In this document: positions 50,167 through 61,042 of the stretch, in pieces
How the letters are laid out: each line of letters starts with the position of its first letter
Position numbering within the stretch: position 1 is the stretch's first letter
Assembly: GCA_965248445.1 (NCBI GenBank)
Contig: CBDFJG010000004.1
Location: 320,001 to 384,000 of the forward strand
Source: Planctomycetota bacterium
GTDB lineage: Bacteria > Planctomycetota > JAJSAM01 > JAJVHW01
Reading direction: 5' to 3'
DNA: 64,000 nucleotides
The notes under the pieces: generated by a model
The model's input: only the letters and a program-made list of their open reading frames with translations
Database searches by the model: none
What the model was told of the DNA's origin: nothing
Position numbers and translations under genes: made by a program

Positions 50167-51588
50167 ATGCGCAGAGCGACATTGACGATCGCGGCGGCCG
50201 TGGTGGCTGCACTCGCCGCCGGCGCCGTGGCGGAGACCATCAAGGTGCCCGGCGACTTCAACACCATCCAGGAGGCGGTCGACAACGCCCAGCCGGGCGA
50301 CAAGATCCTGATCTCGAAGGGGATCTACTCGGAGAAGGTGAATGCCGCCGTCCCGGGATTGCAGTTCGTCGGGAAGAAGGGCGCGATCTGGGACGGCACC
50401 CCGAATGGGAACGAGGGAGTCTGTCTCTCCGCAAACGCCGACAACGTGCAGATCAAGGGCATCACGTTCCGCGCCGGCGACGGCCTGGTGGAAATCGACG
50501 GGAACGGAGCCATCATCGAGAAATGCGAGTTCGAGTCGTCGATCGCGTGCGCCATCGACATCACGGGCGATGACGCCGTCATCAAGAAGTGCGACTTCTT
50601 CGGGACGGACGGTGGCGTCTCTGTCTCGGGCAATGACACGCTGGTCGAGAAGTGCGATTTCCTGATGATGATCGACCGGTGCGTCGACATCAACGGCGAT
50701 CGCGCGGTCGTCGTCAAGTGCGACGTCCGCGTGTGCGAGAACGGCCCCGCGCTCGATGTGGACGGCAACGACGCGCTGGTCGAGAGGAACGAGGTGCTCT
50801 TCACCGGCGGCGAGTCGATCTTCGTGATCGGCGACGGTGGAACGATCAACAAGAACGAGTGCCGCGGATCGGGATTCGGATCGATCAACTACGAGGGCAA
50901 CGGGTCGACGATCACCGGCAACAAGGTGGCTGAGTGCGGTGAGTTCGGGATCTTCGTGTTCGGCGACGACCACACGATCGACAAGAACAACGTTCGCTCG
51001 ATGCTGCTCGAGGGGATCGAGGCGTTTGGCGCCGGCATCGTCATCACGAACAACAAGATCGATGAAGTGATGCGCGGAGTCGCGGGCATCCATCTGAATG
51101 ACAACGGCACAGCGGGGGGAGGCCGGATCGAGGGCAACAAGGTGAACGACGTGGTGGAGGCGGGCATTCTCGTAATGTCCGACAACGTGGATCTCTTCGG
51201 CAACAGGGTCACGAACTGCGGAGCCGAGAATCAGGCGTCCATCCTCATGACCGGGGACGGCAACGAGGCGCGGGACAACGCGGTCACCAACGGCGGAGAC
51301 GATGGCTTCCGAGTCACCGGCGACAACAACGTCCTCGCCGACAACGTGGTGAAGCGGTGTGCCAAGGACGGCTACGACATTGCCGGCGGCACCGGGAACG
51401 GCATCTTGGATTGCGACGCGTTCGACTGTCTGGCAGAAGGGCTGGACAACAGCGGGTCTGACACGTCGGTCATCGGCGGCAAGTTCGCGGGGAGCCGCAT
51501 CGACGTCGCAAACGACGGCACGTTCGCGAGCTTCGATCCGAAGAGTCTCGAGACCGGGGGCGAAGCGACTCTGCCGGAACGAGACTGA
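50167..51588 (+). CDS. Secreted right-handed parallel beta-helix protein
   Basis: Signal peptide, VPGDFNTIQEAVD...PGDKILISKGIYSE, repeated I.GN/GD.A.I.KC turns. Confidence 0.85.
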   Translation: MRRATLTIAAAVVAALAAGAVAETIKVPGDFNTIQEAVDNAQPGDKILISKGIYSEKVNAAVPGLQFVGKKGAIWDGTPNGNEGVCLSANADNVQIKGITFRAGDGLVEIDGNGAIIEKCEFESSIACAIDITGDDAVIKKCDFFGTDGGVSVSGNDTLVEKCDFLMMIDRCVDINGDRAVVVKCDVRVCENGPALDVDGNDALVERNEVLFTGGESIFVIGDGGTINKNECRGSGFGSINYEGNGSTITGNKVAECGEFGIFVFGDDHTIDKNNVRSMLLEGIEAFGAGIVITNNKIDEVMRGVAGIHLNDNGTAGGGRIEGNKVNDVVEAGILVMSDNVDLFGNRVTNCGAENQASILMTGDGNEARDNAVTNGGDDGFRVTGDNNVLADNVVKRCAKDGYDIAGGTGNGILDCDAFDCLAEGLDNSGSDTSVIGGKFAGSRIDVANDGTFASFDPKSLETGGEATLPERD

Positions 51589-51616
51589 GAAGGGAGCGCA
51601 CCACTAGACTCTCGCG

Positions 51617-52615
51617 ATGCACGTGCTGCTCCTCGGTGGGACCCTCTTTCTCGGCCGCCATGTCGTCGACGCGGCGCTCGCGGCGGGGCACGAGGTCACG
51701 CTGTTCAACCGCGGAAAGACGAATCCCGGGCTGTTCCCAGATCAGGAGCACGTGCTGGGCGACCGGGACGGCGGCCTGGCTCCCCTGCGCGGCCGGCGGT
51801 TCGATGCGGTGATCGACACGTGCGGCTACGTCCCGCGGTTGGTCGAGGACTCGGCGCGGCTGCTGTCGGACACATGCGGGCACTACACGTTCGTCTCCAG
51901 CTTGAGCGCGTACGAGTTGCCGATCGCTCCGGGATCCGACGAGTCGGCGCCCTCGGCGACGATGGAAGACGACTCCGTCGAGGAGATCACCAACGAGACG
52001 TACGGTCCGCTGAAGAAGCTGAGCGAGGACGCGGCCGCTGCCGCGTTCGGCGCCGACCGCACGGCGCATATCCGCGCCGGCTTCATCGTCGGTCCTCATG
52101 ACCGTTCGGATCGCTTCACGTATTGGCCGGTGCGGATCGCACGCGGCGGGGAGGTGTTGTGCTCCCCATGGCCGGATCAGCCGATGCAGTTCGTCGACGT
52201 GCGTGACCTGGCGGCCTGGGTGGTCGCGCTTGCCGAACGGCGTGCGGCTGGTTCGTTCAACGCAACGGGTCCGCTGGAGAGACTCACTCTCCGGAGATTC
52301 GTCGAAACGTGCCGGGAGGTGCTCGGCGCCGATGCGACGTTCGTCTGGCCGGACGAGGAGTTCGCGATGGAGCACGCGGAGATGCTCGGCACGCCTCTCC
52401 CGCTGATCGTCACGCCCGATGTGTTCGGGCTCATGGACGTGTCGATCGACCGCGCGCTCTCGACGGGTCTCGCGTTCCGTCCGCTCGCTGAGACGGTCCG
52501 CGAGACGCTTGTCTTCGCAGAGGGCAGGCCCGGCGCGGAACTCCGCGCCGGGCCCACCGCTGAGGACGAATCACGTGTGATGTCCGCGTGGCGGTCTCAC
52601 TCGCTCGGCGCGTAG
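51617..52615 (+). CDS. NAD-dependent epimerase/dehydratase (isoflavone-reductase-like SDR)
   Basis: LLLGGTLFLGRH, FNRGKT, YGPLK, DRFTYWP, QFVDVRDLA. Confidence 0.92.
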   Translation: MHVLLLGGTLFLGRHVVDAALAAGHEVTLFNRGKTNPGLFPDQEHVLGDRDGGLAPLRGRRFDAVIDTCGYVPRLVEDSARLLSDTCGHYTFVSSLSAYELPIAPGSDESAPSATMEDDSVEEITNETYGPLKKLSEDAAAAAFGADRTAHIRAGFIVGPHDRSDRFTYWPVRIARGGEVLCSPWPDQPMQFVDVRDLAAWVVALAERRAAGSFNATGPLERLTLRRFVETCREVLGADATFVWPDEEFAMEHAEMLGTPLPLIVTPDVFGLMDVSIDRALSTGLAFRPLAETVRETLVFAEGRPGAELRAGPTAEDESRVMSAWRSHSLGA

Positions 52616-53223
52616 ACCATCTTGCGCAACATGTCGTTCGAGCTCTCCGGGCCGACGACGATCGGGTCCGCCGGATGGATGCCCAGGGCCTCGCGACCCA
52701 TGAACTTCACGGTCCCTCCGGCGAAGAGCACGTTGATGCCGCCGCTGTGATGGGCAGTGCGGTGATCGAGTCCCTGGCGGTCCGCCGCGATTGCCTGCAT
52801 CTCGTATTGCTCCCGACCGATCGGGTGATTGACGAAGTCGCGGACGACGAACGAGCAAAGCTCGTCGCTCGGGTTGTCGAGGTCGACGTCGTCGTAGCGA
52901 TCCTGGTCCGCCGGGGTCTGTGGCACGATCACGGTCGGATCTCCCGGACACACGAAGGCCGCCTCGTTCCCGCGCTGGATCTTCCCGTCGACACGGAGTG
53001 CGAGGAAGTACGACGCCCCGGAGTGCCGGGGTCGCCCTCCGTTCGCGATCTGTCCCTCGACGTAGAGCGTTCCGATTTGGCGCAGGCGGTCGCCGCATTG
53101 CGTCTGTCTGAACTTCTCCTGGCTGTACGTCACAGCCAGCATCACGCTGCCGGCCAACGCGGCGATGATCGTGATCACCACCAGGATTTCGATGAGCGTG
53201 AATCCGCTCGAGTCTCTGCGCAT
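52597..53223 (-). CDS. Prepilin-type N-terminal cleavage/methylation protein (planctomycete-type)
   Basis: G^FTLIEILVVITIIAALAG, C...LRQIG, F.CPGD, HSGGINVLFAGG.V. Confidence 0.88.
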   Translation of the reverse strand: MRRDSSGFTLIEILVVITIIAALAGSVMLAVTYSQEKFRQTQCGDRLRQIGTLYVEGQIANGGRPRHSGASYFLALRVDGKIQRGNEAAFVCPGDPTVIVPQTPADQDRYDDVDLDNPSDELCSFVVRDFVNHPIGREQYEMQAIAADRQGLDHRTAHHSGGINVLFAGGTVKFMGREALGIHPADPIVVGPESSNDMLRKMVYAPSE

Positions 53224-53427
53224 CGCGCACCTCCTTCTCGTTCCCGCCGGCCCACGCCGGCGGAGCTGCGATGAAGAGGAGCGACGCCTTGGGCTGCGGC
53301 GGTGCTTCCGGCGCCCGAGATGAACAAGTCGCTGTGATGTGCGGCGCGTCCGCAGCGTCCGATGACGCTCCTCGCGCGACCCCCGACCAACAGCCATTAT
53401 CGCACCGCCTGCCGGGTGCGCAGCGGA

Positions 53428-54636
53428 TCAGGTGCGGGCCGAGGCTGCGCCGTGCGCAGCCACGGTCGCCAGCATCAACTGCTCGAGGCGATCCACGTAC
53501 GCGTCAGGATTGAGCGCCGCACGCACGAGCGCCTGTCCGCGCTCACCCATCTCGGCCGCCGCCGCGGGGTTCTCGATCAACTTCGTCACAGCGGCGCTGA
53601 AGGCCGCCGGGCTGTCGTCAGCCAGCACGCGTCCGGACTCGCCGTCGCGAACGAAGCCCCGCAGGCCCGAGTCGTGACCCGTGACGGTCGGGACCCCGCA
53701 TGCCATGGCTTCGAGTGCCGCGCGCGGGAACGACTCGGAGTGAGACGGCAGCGCGAACACGTCGAACGCCGGGTAGAACGCCTCGGGGTGCCGGCGTGGT
53801 CCCAGGAAGTGCACCAGCGCGTTGGCCTTCGCGGCTTCCTTGATCACCTTCGCGAACTCGGGCTCACCCCACCCGACGATGACGAGATGCGTGTCCGGGC
53901 GAGTGAGCGCCAGCGCGCGGTGGATCTCGATAAGGTGGCCCGGCCGCTTCCTCGCGCTGAATCGCCCGACGTAGCCCAGGATGCGAGCCTCGTCGGGGAT
54001 GCCCAACTGTGCGCGCGTAGAGACCCGGGCCTCCGGGTCCGACTTGAACCGCCCCAGGTCGATGGCCGAGCCGAGGACGTTGACCCGCGATTCCGGGACG
54101 TACCCGGTCCTCAAGATGTCCTCGCGCACGTACTCGGTTTGCGCGGCGAACGCGTCGGTCGCGCGCGAGTAGAGCCACTTGTTCGGCGCGTGCTTCTTGA
54201 TTTCCTTCCGGTTGTGGCGGAAGCGAAGCAGGGGCGGGCGTTCCCGCATCCGGCTGAGTGCGACTGCGCTCAGCCAGTGGTCCCACGATGCGTGGGTCTC
54301 GACGATGTCGATTCCGGTGGACTGGATTGTCTTGCGGAGGCGCCGCGCTGTGGCGAAGTACGAGGGCCAGTGGCGCACGCCGCGCTGGAAGTCGAACTCC
54401 TCCACACGCACGAGATCGCGATCCAGCCGGTCTGCGATAGCACTGCCGACGTTGTGGGCCACGGTCACATCATGGCCGCGGGCCGCCAGACCGTGGGCAC
54501 CGATCAGTGTGGTGTAGAGCTCGCCGCACCAGGCGCGCTTCTTGGCCGTGATCAGCACACCCAGTTTCTGCGACGGCTCGCGTGCTGCTCGCGGGGCACG
54601 CGTGTCGGTCGGGTCGGGGGGAGCCTTCTGGATCAT
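53428..54636 (-). CDS. Glycosyltransferase family 4 (GT-B)
   Basis: VGRFSARK, DVFALPSHSESFPRAALEAMACGVP. Confidence 0.92.
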   Translation of the reverse strand: MIQKAPPDPTDTRAPRAAREPSQKLGVLITAKKRAWCGELYTTLIGAHGLAARGHDVTVAHNVGSAIADRLDRDLVRVEEFDFQRGVRHWPSYFATARRLRKTIQSTGIDIVETHASWDHWLSAVALSRMRERPPLLRFRHNRKEIKKHAPNKWLYSRATDAFAAQTEYVREDILRTGYVPESRVNVLGSAIDLGRFKSDPEARVSTRAQLGIPDEARILGYVGRFSARKRPGHLIEIHRALALTRPDTHLVIVGWGEPEFAKVIKEAAKANALVHFLGPRRHPEAFYPAFDVFALPSHSESFPRAALEAMACGVPTVTGHDSGLRGFVRDGESGRVLADDSPAAFSAAVTKLIENPAAAAEMGERGQALVRAALNPDAYVDRLEQLMLATVAAHGAASART

Positions 54637-54813
54637 TGTCTCGGCTGAGCCTAGGCGCCGAAGATGACGCGCAAATGAACGCCCGATCACGCATTCGTCA
54701 TCCGGCGGGGTCGCCTGAGGCGCCCCGCTCGAGGTCACCGGGCGTTCACCGGCGCCGAGGATAGTGGCCCGAGAGCAGGCTCCAACACGCCGATCGCGAG
54801 CCCGAAACCCAGC

Positions 54814-54829
54814 GTTCACACGAGGTTCA
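54814..54829 (+). promoter_or_regulatory. GTTCA-N6-GTTCA direct repeat (putative OmpR-family box)
   Basis: GTTCAcacgagGTTCA upstream of the PepSY gene. Confidence 0.5.
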
Positions 54830-54918
54830 GACCCGTTCTCGTACCCTCTTCACATGAGCAGACTGCCCCGGGCGCCGGGGGAACGACCGCCGCCCGATCC
54901 AACCTGGGAGGAGAGGCC

Positions 54919-55656
<738 letters not shown>

Positions 55657-55760
55657 GTGAGGGCTGCCCGCCACGCTCGCGAGCGGTGACGGCATACCCC
55701 AGAGGCGGAGCGCGCCACCCCGGCGGCGGAGCGAGCCTGGCCGGGCGTGGCACGAGGTCC

Positions 55761-55776
55761 GTTCATGAGGCGTTCA
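55761..55776 (+). promoter_or_regulatory. GTTCA-N6-GTTCA direct repeat (putative OmpR-family box)
   Basis: cGTTCATGAggcGTTCATGA upstream of the 55843 gene and two-component operon. Confidence 0.55.
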
Positions 55777-55842
55777 TGAACACCCGGGAGTCTCCCGGGC
55801 GGACGCCGCTGCACCGGTTCTCGCGAAAGAAGGAGCCAAGCC

Positions 55843-56637
55843 ATGTCAGCTTTCACAACGATCACGAGGCGCGTGATTCTCCGCCTGGCGCTGGGGGCGG
55901 TCTTGGCCGCCCTGCTGTTCGGAGTCCGCGCCTCGGCGCCCGACGCCGTGGCCGCGCCGCCGCAAGACACCCCGGTCTTCAGCCAGCCGCTCGAGATCAC
56001 CAATGCCGTGTTCCCGGTGATCCCCGGCGCGGTCAAGGTGTACTCGGGCCGCGCGCGGGGCGTGCCGCTGATGATCGTCGAGTCGCATCTCCTCGATACC
56101 CGTACGTTCCCCTGGGCCGGCGGCTCGGTCGAGTGTCGCATCATCGAGGAGCTGGTGTTCGAGCGCGGCCAGTACGTTGCGAGCGAACAGCGTTACGTGG
56201 CGCAGGCGGACGACGGCTCGGTGTGGACGTTCGGCGAGGTCGAGGACGACGATCCGCACGACGATGGCGGCAATGACGCCAAGGAGACGGGCGGCTGGAT
56301 CGTCGGTCAGCGCGCTCCGTCCGACCCGCCCGACATCGCGACCGGAGCCGCGCCGACGATGTGGATGCCCTCCACTCCGACCGTCGGCGACGAGTGGACG
56401 GCCGAGGAGGCGCCGCCCAGCCGGCTGACGCTCCGCTCGACGACGCGTACGCGCGCCACCCTGCGCGTGCCGACAGGTCGCTACACGGACTGCGTCCGCA
56501 TCCGCGAGACCGACGTCCCCGACAAGAGTTCGGAGGCGTTCTGGCATGCGCCGGGTCTCGGCATCGTGAAGTCTCGCGCCGGCCGCGAGCGGCTGTCGCT
56601 GCAGGCCAGCACCATTCGCGTCGCGGGACGGGAATAG
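55843..56637 (+). CDS. Secreted hypothetical protein
   Basis: Signal peptide, ITNAVFP, YVAQADDGSVWTFGE, VPTGRYTDC, APGLGIVK. Confidence 0.78.
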   Translation: MSAFTTITRRVILRLALGAVLAALLFGVRASAPDAVAAPPQDTPVFSQPLEITNAVFPVIPGAVKVYSGRARGVPLMIVESHLLDTRTFPWAGGSVECRIIEELVFERGQYVASEQRYVAQADDGSVWTFGEVEDDDPHDDGGNDAKETGGWIVGQRAPSDPPDIATGAAPTMWMPSTPTVGDEWTAEEAPPSRLTLRSTTRTRATLRVPTGRYTDCVRIRETDVPDKSSEAFWHAPGLGIVKSRAGRERLSLQASTIRVAGRE

Positions 56638-56642
56638 CCTCG

Positions 56643-57323
56643 ATGCGACTCCTCGTCGTCGAAGACGACCCCGACCTCTCCGAAGTCCTGCGCGACGGGC
56701 TCATCGAGGAGGGCTACGCCGTAGACCTGTCCGTGACCGGCGAGGACGGGCTCTGGCGCGCGACGACCGTTGACTACGACGTCGCCGTGCTCGACGTGAT
56801 GCTCCCCGACATGAGCGGCTTCGACATCCTGCGGGCGATGCGGAAGAAGGGGCAGGTCACTCCGGTGCTCGTGCTCACGGCCCGCGACGAGACTGCGGAC
56901 CGCGTCAACGGACTCGACGCCGGTGCGGATGACTACCTGGTCAAGCCGTTCGCGTGGGAGGAACTGCTGGCTCGCCTGCGCGCGCTGTTGCGCCGCGGCG
57001 CGAGCGGCCGCGCCCCGCGTCTGGAACTCGGCGACCTGACTCTGGATCCCGCCACGCGTGAAGTGTGCCAAGCGGGGACGCTCATCTCCACGACAGCGAA
57101 GGAGTTCGAGATCCTCTACGTTCTGATGCGTGAGCCGGGCCGCGTGTTCTCGCGGACCGAGATCACCGAGAGCATCTACGACGACGAGTACGACGGCATG
57201 AGCAACGTGATCGACGTCTTCTTCAGCCGCATCCGCCGGAAGCTCGGCTCAGGCGAGGCCACTCCTCGCATCCGGACCGTGCGCGGCGTTGGGTACGCAT
57301 TGACCTGTGAACAGACCGTTTAG
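56643..57323 (+). CDS. OmpR/PhoB-family response regulator
   Basis: LLVVEDD, VLDVMLP, GADDYLVKPF, RTVRGVGY. Confidence 0.97.
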   Translation: MRLLVVEDDPDLSEVLRDGLIEEGYAVDLSVTGEDGLWRATTVDYDVAVLDVMLPDMSGFDILRAMRKKGQVTPVLVLTARDETADRVNGLDAGADDYLVKPFAWEELLARLRALLRRGASGRAPRLELGDLTLDPATREVCQAGTLISTTAKEFEILYVLMREPGRVFSRTEITESIYDDEYDGMSNVIDVFFSRIRRKLGSGEATPRIRTVRGVGYALTCEQTV

Positions 57324-58785
57324 CCTGCGGACCTCCCTCCTGATCGGCCTCGTGCTGCTCAACGTGGCCGTGATCGCGGGATTCAGCACGACGGTCTACG
57401 CGCGTGCGGACAGCCAGGCGCACGAGGCGCTGCACGCGAAGCTGCGCGTGCATGCGAAGACGTTCGCAGGCGCCTTCGAGTTCGAGGGCGACGCGCCGGA
57501 GCTCGAGTTCTCGCCGCGTCTCATGCCGGAGTTCGTGAACCATGGATCCGGCGCGTACGCCGGGATCTACAACCCCGACGGGACGCCAATCATCCGCTGC
57601 CAGTCGCTCTACCCGCGTCAGCTGGAGTCGAGCGCGCCGTGGGGGAACGGAGAGTTCGCGTTCCACGAACTGGCAAAGGGACCGGACGACATCCCGTGCA
57701 CGGTGGTCACGTACTCGTTCCTGGCGCGCGTCGACGGCGACGACGAAGAGGACCAGGATGACCACGAAGGCGGCGTCGTTGCGGGTGTCGAGGACGAGCC
57801 GACCGGGCGGGCCTGCCAGGTTCGGGTGGCACTGGACAGCCGCCCGCGCGACGCCGGCCTCGCCCAGCTTCTCTGGTTCCTCGTCCTCATCGGAGGGGGA
57901 TCCCTGGTCGCCACCACGATCGGCGGCCTGCTGGTCGCGCGCTACGTGCTGAAGCCCGTGCACACCATGACGGCGGAAGCGGCCGCGCTCACGCCAGAGG
58001 ACACGTCGCGCCGGCTGCGCCCCGAGTCCGGGCCCCGCGAGCTGCGGAGCCTCGCCGGAACCCTCAACTCAGCCTTGGACCGCCTCGGAAGTGCGTTCGA
58101 CCGGCAGAAGCGGTTCACCTCCGACGCCAGCCACGAACTGCGCACACCGTTGTCGGTCCTGCTGGGGAACGCCGAACTGCTCCTGCGCAAGGAGCGCACG
58201 GGCAAGGAGTACCGCCGCGGTCTCGAGCGGCAGCGCCGGATCGCCACCCGCATGACCGAGATCACCGAGAACCTCCTCGCGCTGGCCCGCTCGGACGGTG
58301 GCGCGGCGGAAATCGAGCACGACGCCGTCGAGCTCCCGCAGCTCGCGCGAAGCGTCGTGAACGAGCTCGAGCCGATCGCCGCCGCGGGCGAGATCTCGCT
58401 CGAGTGCCGCGCAGACGGCGAGATCACCGTGGACGGGGATGCGACGCATCTCTCCGGCCTCCTCGAGAACCTGGTGTCGAACGCAGTGAAGTTCACGCCT
58501 CGCGGGGGCGCGGTGCAGGTCACCGTGTCGCGCAACGGCAAGTACGCCATCGTCGACGTCAGTGACAGCGGACCGGGGATTCCGGACGAGCACCGGGAGC
58601 ACGTGTTCGACCGCTTCTTCCGCGTGCACGACGGCCGTGACCGCCGCGAAGGTGCGGGACTCGGGCTCGCGATCGTCGAGTGGATCGTGCAAGCGCACGA
58701 GGGCCACATCGACGTGCGCAACCGGCCGGGTGGCGGAGCGACGTTTACCGTCAAGCTCCCGCTGCACACCGCCGTCGCTGCATGA
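57307..58785 (+). CDS. Membrane sensor histidine kinase (HAMP-HisKA-HATPase)
   Basis: Two TM, ASHELRTPL, NLVSNAVKFT, DSGPGI, GAGLGLAI. Confidence 0.97.
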   Translation: MNRPFSLRTSLLIGLVLLNVAVIAGFSTTVYARADSQAHEALHAKLRVHAKTFAGAFEFEGDAPELEFSPRLMPEFVNHGSGAYAGIYNPDGTPIIRCQSLYPRQLESSAPWGNGEFAFHELAKGPDDIPCTVVTYSFLARVDGDDEEDQDDHEGGVVAGVEDEPTGRACQVRVALDSRPRDAGLAQLLWFLVLIGGGSLVATTIGGLLVARYVLKPVHTMTAEAAALTPEDTSRRLRPESGPRELRSLAGTLNSALDRLGSAFDRQKRFTSDASHELRTPLSVLLGNAELLLRKERTGKEYRRGLERQRRIATRMTEITENLLALARSDGGAAEIEHDAVELPQLARSVVNELEPIAAAGEISLECRADGEITVDGDATHLSGLLENLVSNAVKFTPRGGAVQVTVSRNGKYAIVDVSDSGPGIPDEHREHVFDRFFRVHDGRDRREGAGLGLAIVEWIVQAHEGHIDVRNRPGGGATFTVKLPLHTAVAA

Positions 58786-58925
58786 ACGCGAACTGAACGA
58801 ACTCGCCGCGTAGCGCGCACGTTCACGCGTGGTTCATCGCGTCCTCGTGAGCGCGACGCATCTTCATGAAGAAAGCGCGCGAACACGCTTCGTCGTCACC
58901 GAGCGTTCAGCTTCGCCCTCTAGCG

Positions 58926-60457
58926 GTACCCGTTCAGCCCTTGGTTCTGAGCTCGGATCCAGATCGCTTTCCGTTCGGTCGATGAATCGGATGTGGGCAC
59001 CGATGAGCTGCGTGATCTGGTCGAGCGCCTGACCCGTCGTCTGGACGCTCGGGACGAGACGATTGCCGAGCAGGCGGAGGTGATCGAGCGGCAGGCGGCA
59101 CGGATCGACGATCTCGAGAGCCGTCTTCGCCGGGACTCCCGCACCTCCTCGCGCCCACCGTCCTCGGATCCGTCGTGGTCCAAGAAGCGGCGGCGGCGCA
59201 AGCCGCCGTCGGACAAGCGCCAGGGTGCGCAGCCCGGCCACAAAGGGGCGACGCGCAAGCTCGTGGACGAGTCCGAGGTCGATGGCGTAGAGGACCACCG
59301 CCCGCGCGAGTGCAGCGCGTGTGGGAGCGACGTGCTCGTCCCGATCGATCGCGCCCCGACACGCCAGCAGGTCTTCGAGGTCCCGCCACGGCTGATCCAG
59401 GTGACCGAGCACCGGTTGCACCGGGCACGGTGCACGGACTGTGGCGCCACGTCCACTGCCTCGCTGCCAAGCGGTGTGACGGCGAGTCCCTTCGGCCCGC
59501 GACTCTGTGCGCTCACCGCGGCTCTGGTCGGCGTCTTCCGCCTGTCGCGGCGCGAGACCAGTCGTCTGTTGCGTGACGTCATCGGCGTCTCGATGTCACC
59601 GGGCACGGTCAGTGCGATCGAGGAGCGGGTGTCGGGAGCCATCTCCTCAGCGCACATCGAGGCCCTCGGGGCCGTACGCACGAGCAGCGTCGCCTATGTA
59701 GACGAGACACCGTGGTCGCGTCGTGGCACGCTGCATTGGCTGTGGAGCGCGGTCTGTGAGCACGCCACGGTCCATCGTATCGATCGGCGCAGGAGCGCCA
59801 AGGCCATGCGGCGACTCGTGGGCAAGCGCTTCAGGGGCGTCCTCGTGACCGACCGTATGGGCGCTTACGACCAGCATCCCACCGAGCGCCGCCAGATCTG
59901 CTGGGCGCATCTCGAGAGGGACTTTCGAGCGCTGGCCGAGGGCTCGCGCGGCGGCCGGCGCTTCGGCAAGCAGGCCGTGCGTCTCGCCCAGGCTGTCATG
60001 CGAGCTCAGCGTCACTTCGGCGAGCACGGGGACCGCGACCGCATGCGGCGTGAGCTGCGTCTCACATGGGACCGACTCCTGACGCTGCTCGTGCGCGGCG
60101 CAGACAGCAAGCACCGCCGAGTACGCGGAACGACTCGGCATCTGCTCGACCGAGCGGAGGCTCTGTGGACCTTCGCCGACGTCCCTGGCGTCTCCCCGAC
60201 GAACAACGCCGCTGAGCGCGCGGTGCGCAAGCCGGTCCTGTGGAGACGCGCAACGCACGGAAGTCAGAGCGAGCGCGGACTCCGCTTCGTCGAGCGCATC
60301 CTGACCGTCACCGCCACGCTCCGCCAGCGTGGCGAGAGCGTCTTCGATTACCTCGCAGACGTCAGCGCGGCACTCGCGCACAACCGCTCGCCGCCGGCTC
60401 TCGTCGCGCTCCCGATCACGCGCTGAGGCCGCGGATCGTCATACCCTGAACGGGTAC
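58926..60457 (+). mobile_element. IS66-family single-ORF element, lineage 2, copy 2 (1532 bp)
   Basis: Same TIRs, length and transposase sequence as 41771-43302, opposite orientation. Confidence 0.97.
58993..60426 (+). CDS. IS66 family transposase (TnpC)
   Basis: 477-aa translation reads the same as 41802-43235. Confidence 0.96.
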   Translation: MGTDELRDLVERLTRRLDARDETIAEQAEVIERQAARIDDLESRLRRDSRTSSRPPSSDPSWSKKRRRRKPPSDKRQGAQPGHKGATRKLVDESEVDGVEDHRPRECSACGSDVLVPIDRAPTRQQVFEVPPRLIQVTEHRLHRARCTDCGATSTASLPSGVTASPFGPRLCALTAALVGVFRLSRRETSRLLRDVIGVSMSPGTVSAIEERVSGAISSAHIEALGAVRTSSVAYVDETPWSRRGTLHWLWSAVCEHATVHRIDRRRSAKAMRRLVGKRFRGVLVTDRMGAYDQHPTERRQICWAHLERDFRALAEGSRGGRRFGKQAVRLAQAVMRAQRHFGEHGDRDRMRRELRLTWDRLLTLLVRGADSKHRRVRGTTRHLLDRAEALWTFADVPGVSPTNNAAERAVRKPVLWRRATHGSQSERGLRFVERILTVTATLRQRGESVFDYLADVSAALAHNRSPPALVALPITR

Positions 60458-60752
60458 CTGTGGACCTTCGCCGACGTCCCTGGCGTCTCCCCGACGAACA
60501 ACGCCGCTGAGCGCGCGGTGCGCAAGCCGGTCCTGTGGAGACGCGCAACGCACGGAAGTCAGAGCGAGCGCGGACTCCGCTTCGTCGAGCGCATCCTGAC
60601 CGTCACCGCCACGCTCCGCCAGCGTGGCGAGAGCGTCTTCGATTACCTCGCAGACGTCAGCGCGGCACTCGCGCACAACCGCTCGCCGCCGGCTCTCGTC
60701 GCGCTCCCGATCACGCGCTGAGGCCGCGGATCGTCATACCCTGAACGGGTAC
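60458..60752 (+). mobile_element. Tandem duplicate of the last 295 bp of the IS, including the right TIR
   Basis: Repeats 60163-60457 (CTGTGGACCTTCG...CTGAACGGGTAC). Confidence 0.93.
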
Positions 60753-61042
60753 CTCAAGCGCGCGGTCCAGAAGTGCGTAGTAGTCGTCCACCTCCGGTGG
60801 GTGCTGCGCCGCCGCGGGCCATCGTGCCACGAGGTCGGCGATGTACACCGGTGCAGCGGTGACTACGCGTCAGAAGAAGAGGATCGGTGCAGCGCTTCTC
60901 AGACTCCTCGCAGACGCGCTGACCAGAGCCGTCTCCCGATGCCTCCTCCGCGTAGGGGACGGGAGTGGAGCTACGTGCGGCTCTTCGCAGTGGACGAATC
61001 GACCCTCGCGGAACGAGAAGGTCGCAAACCCGAGGTTAAACC

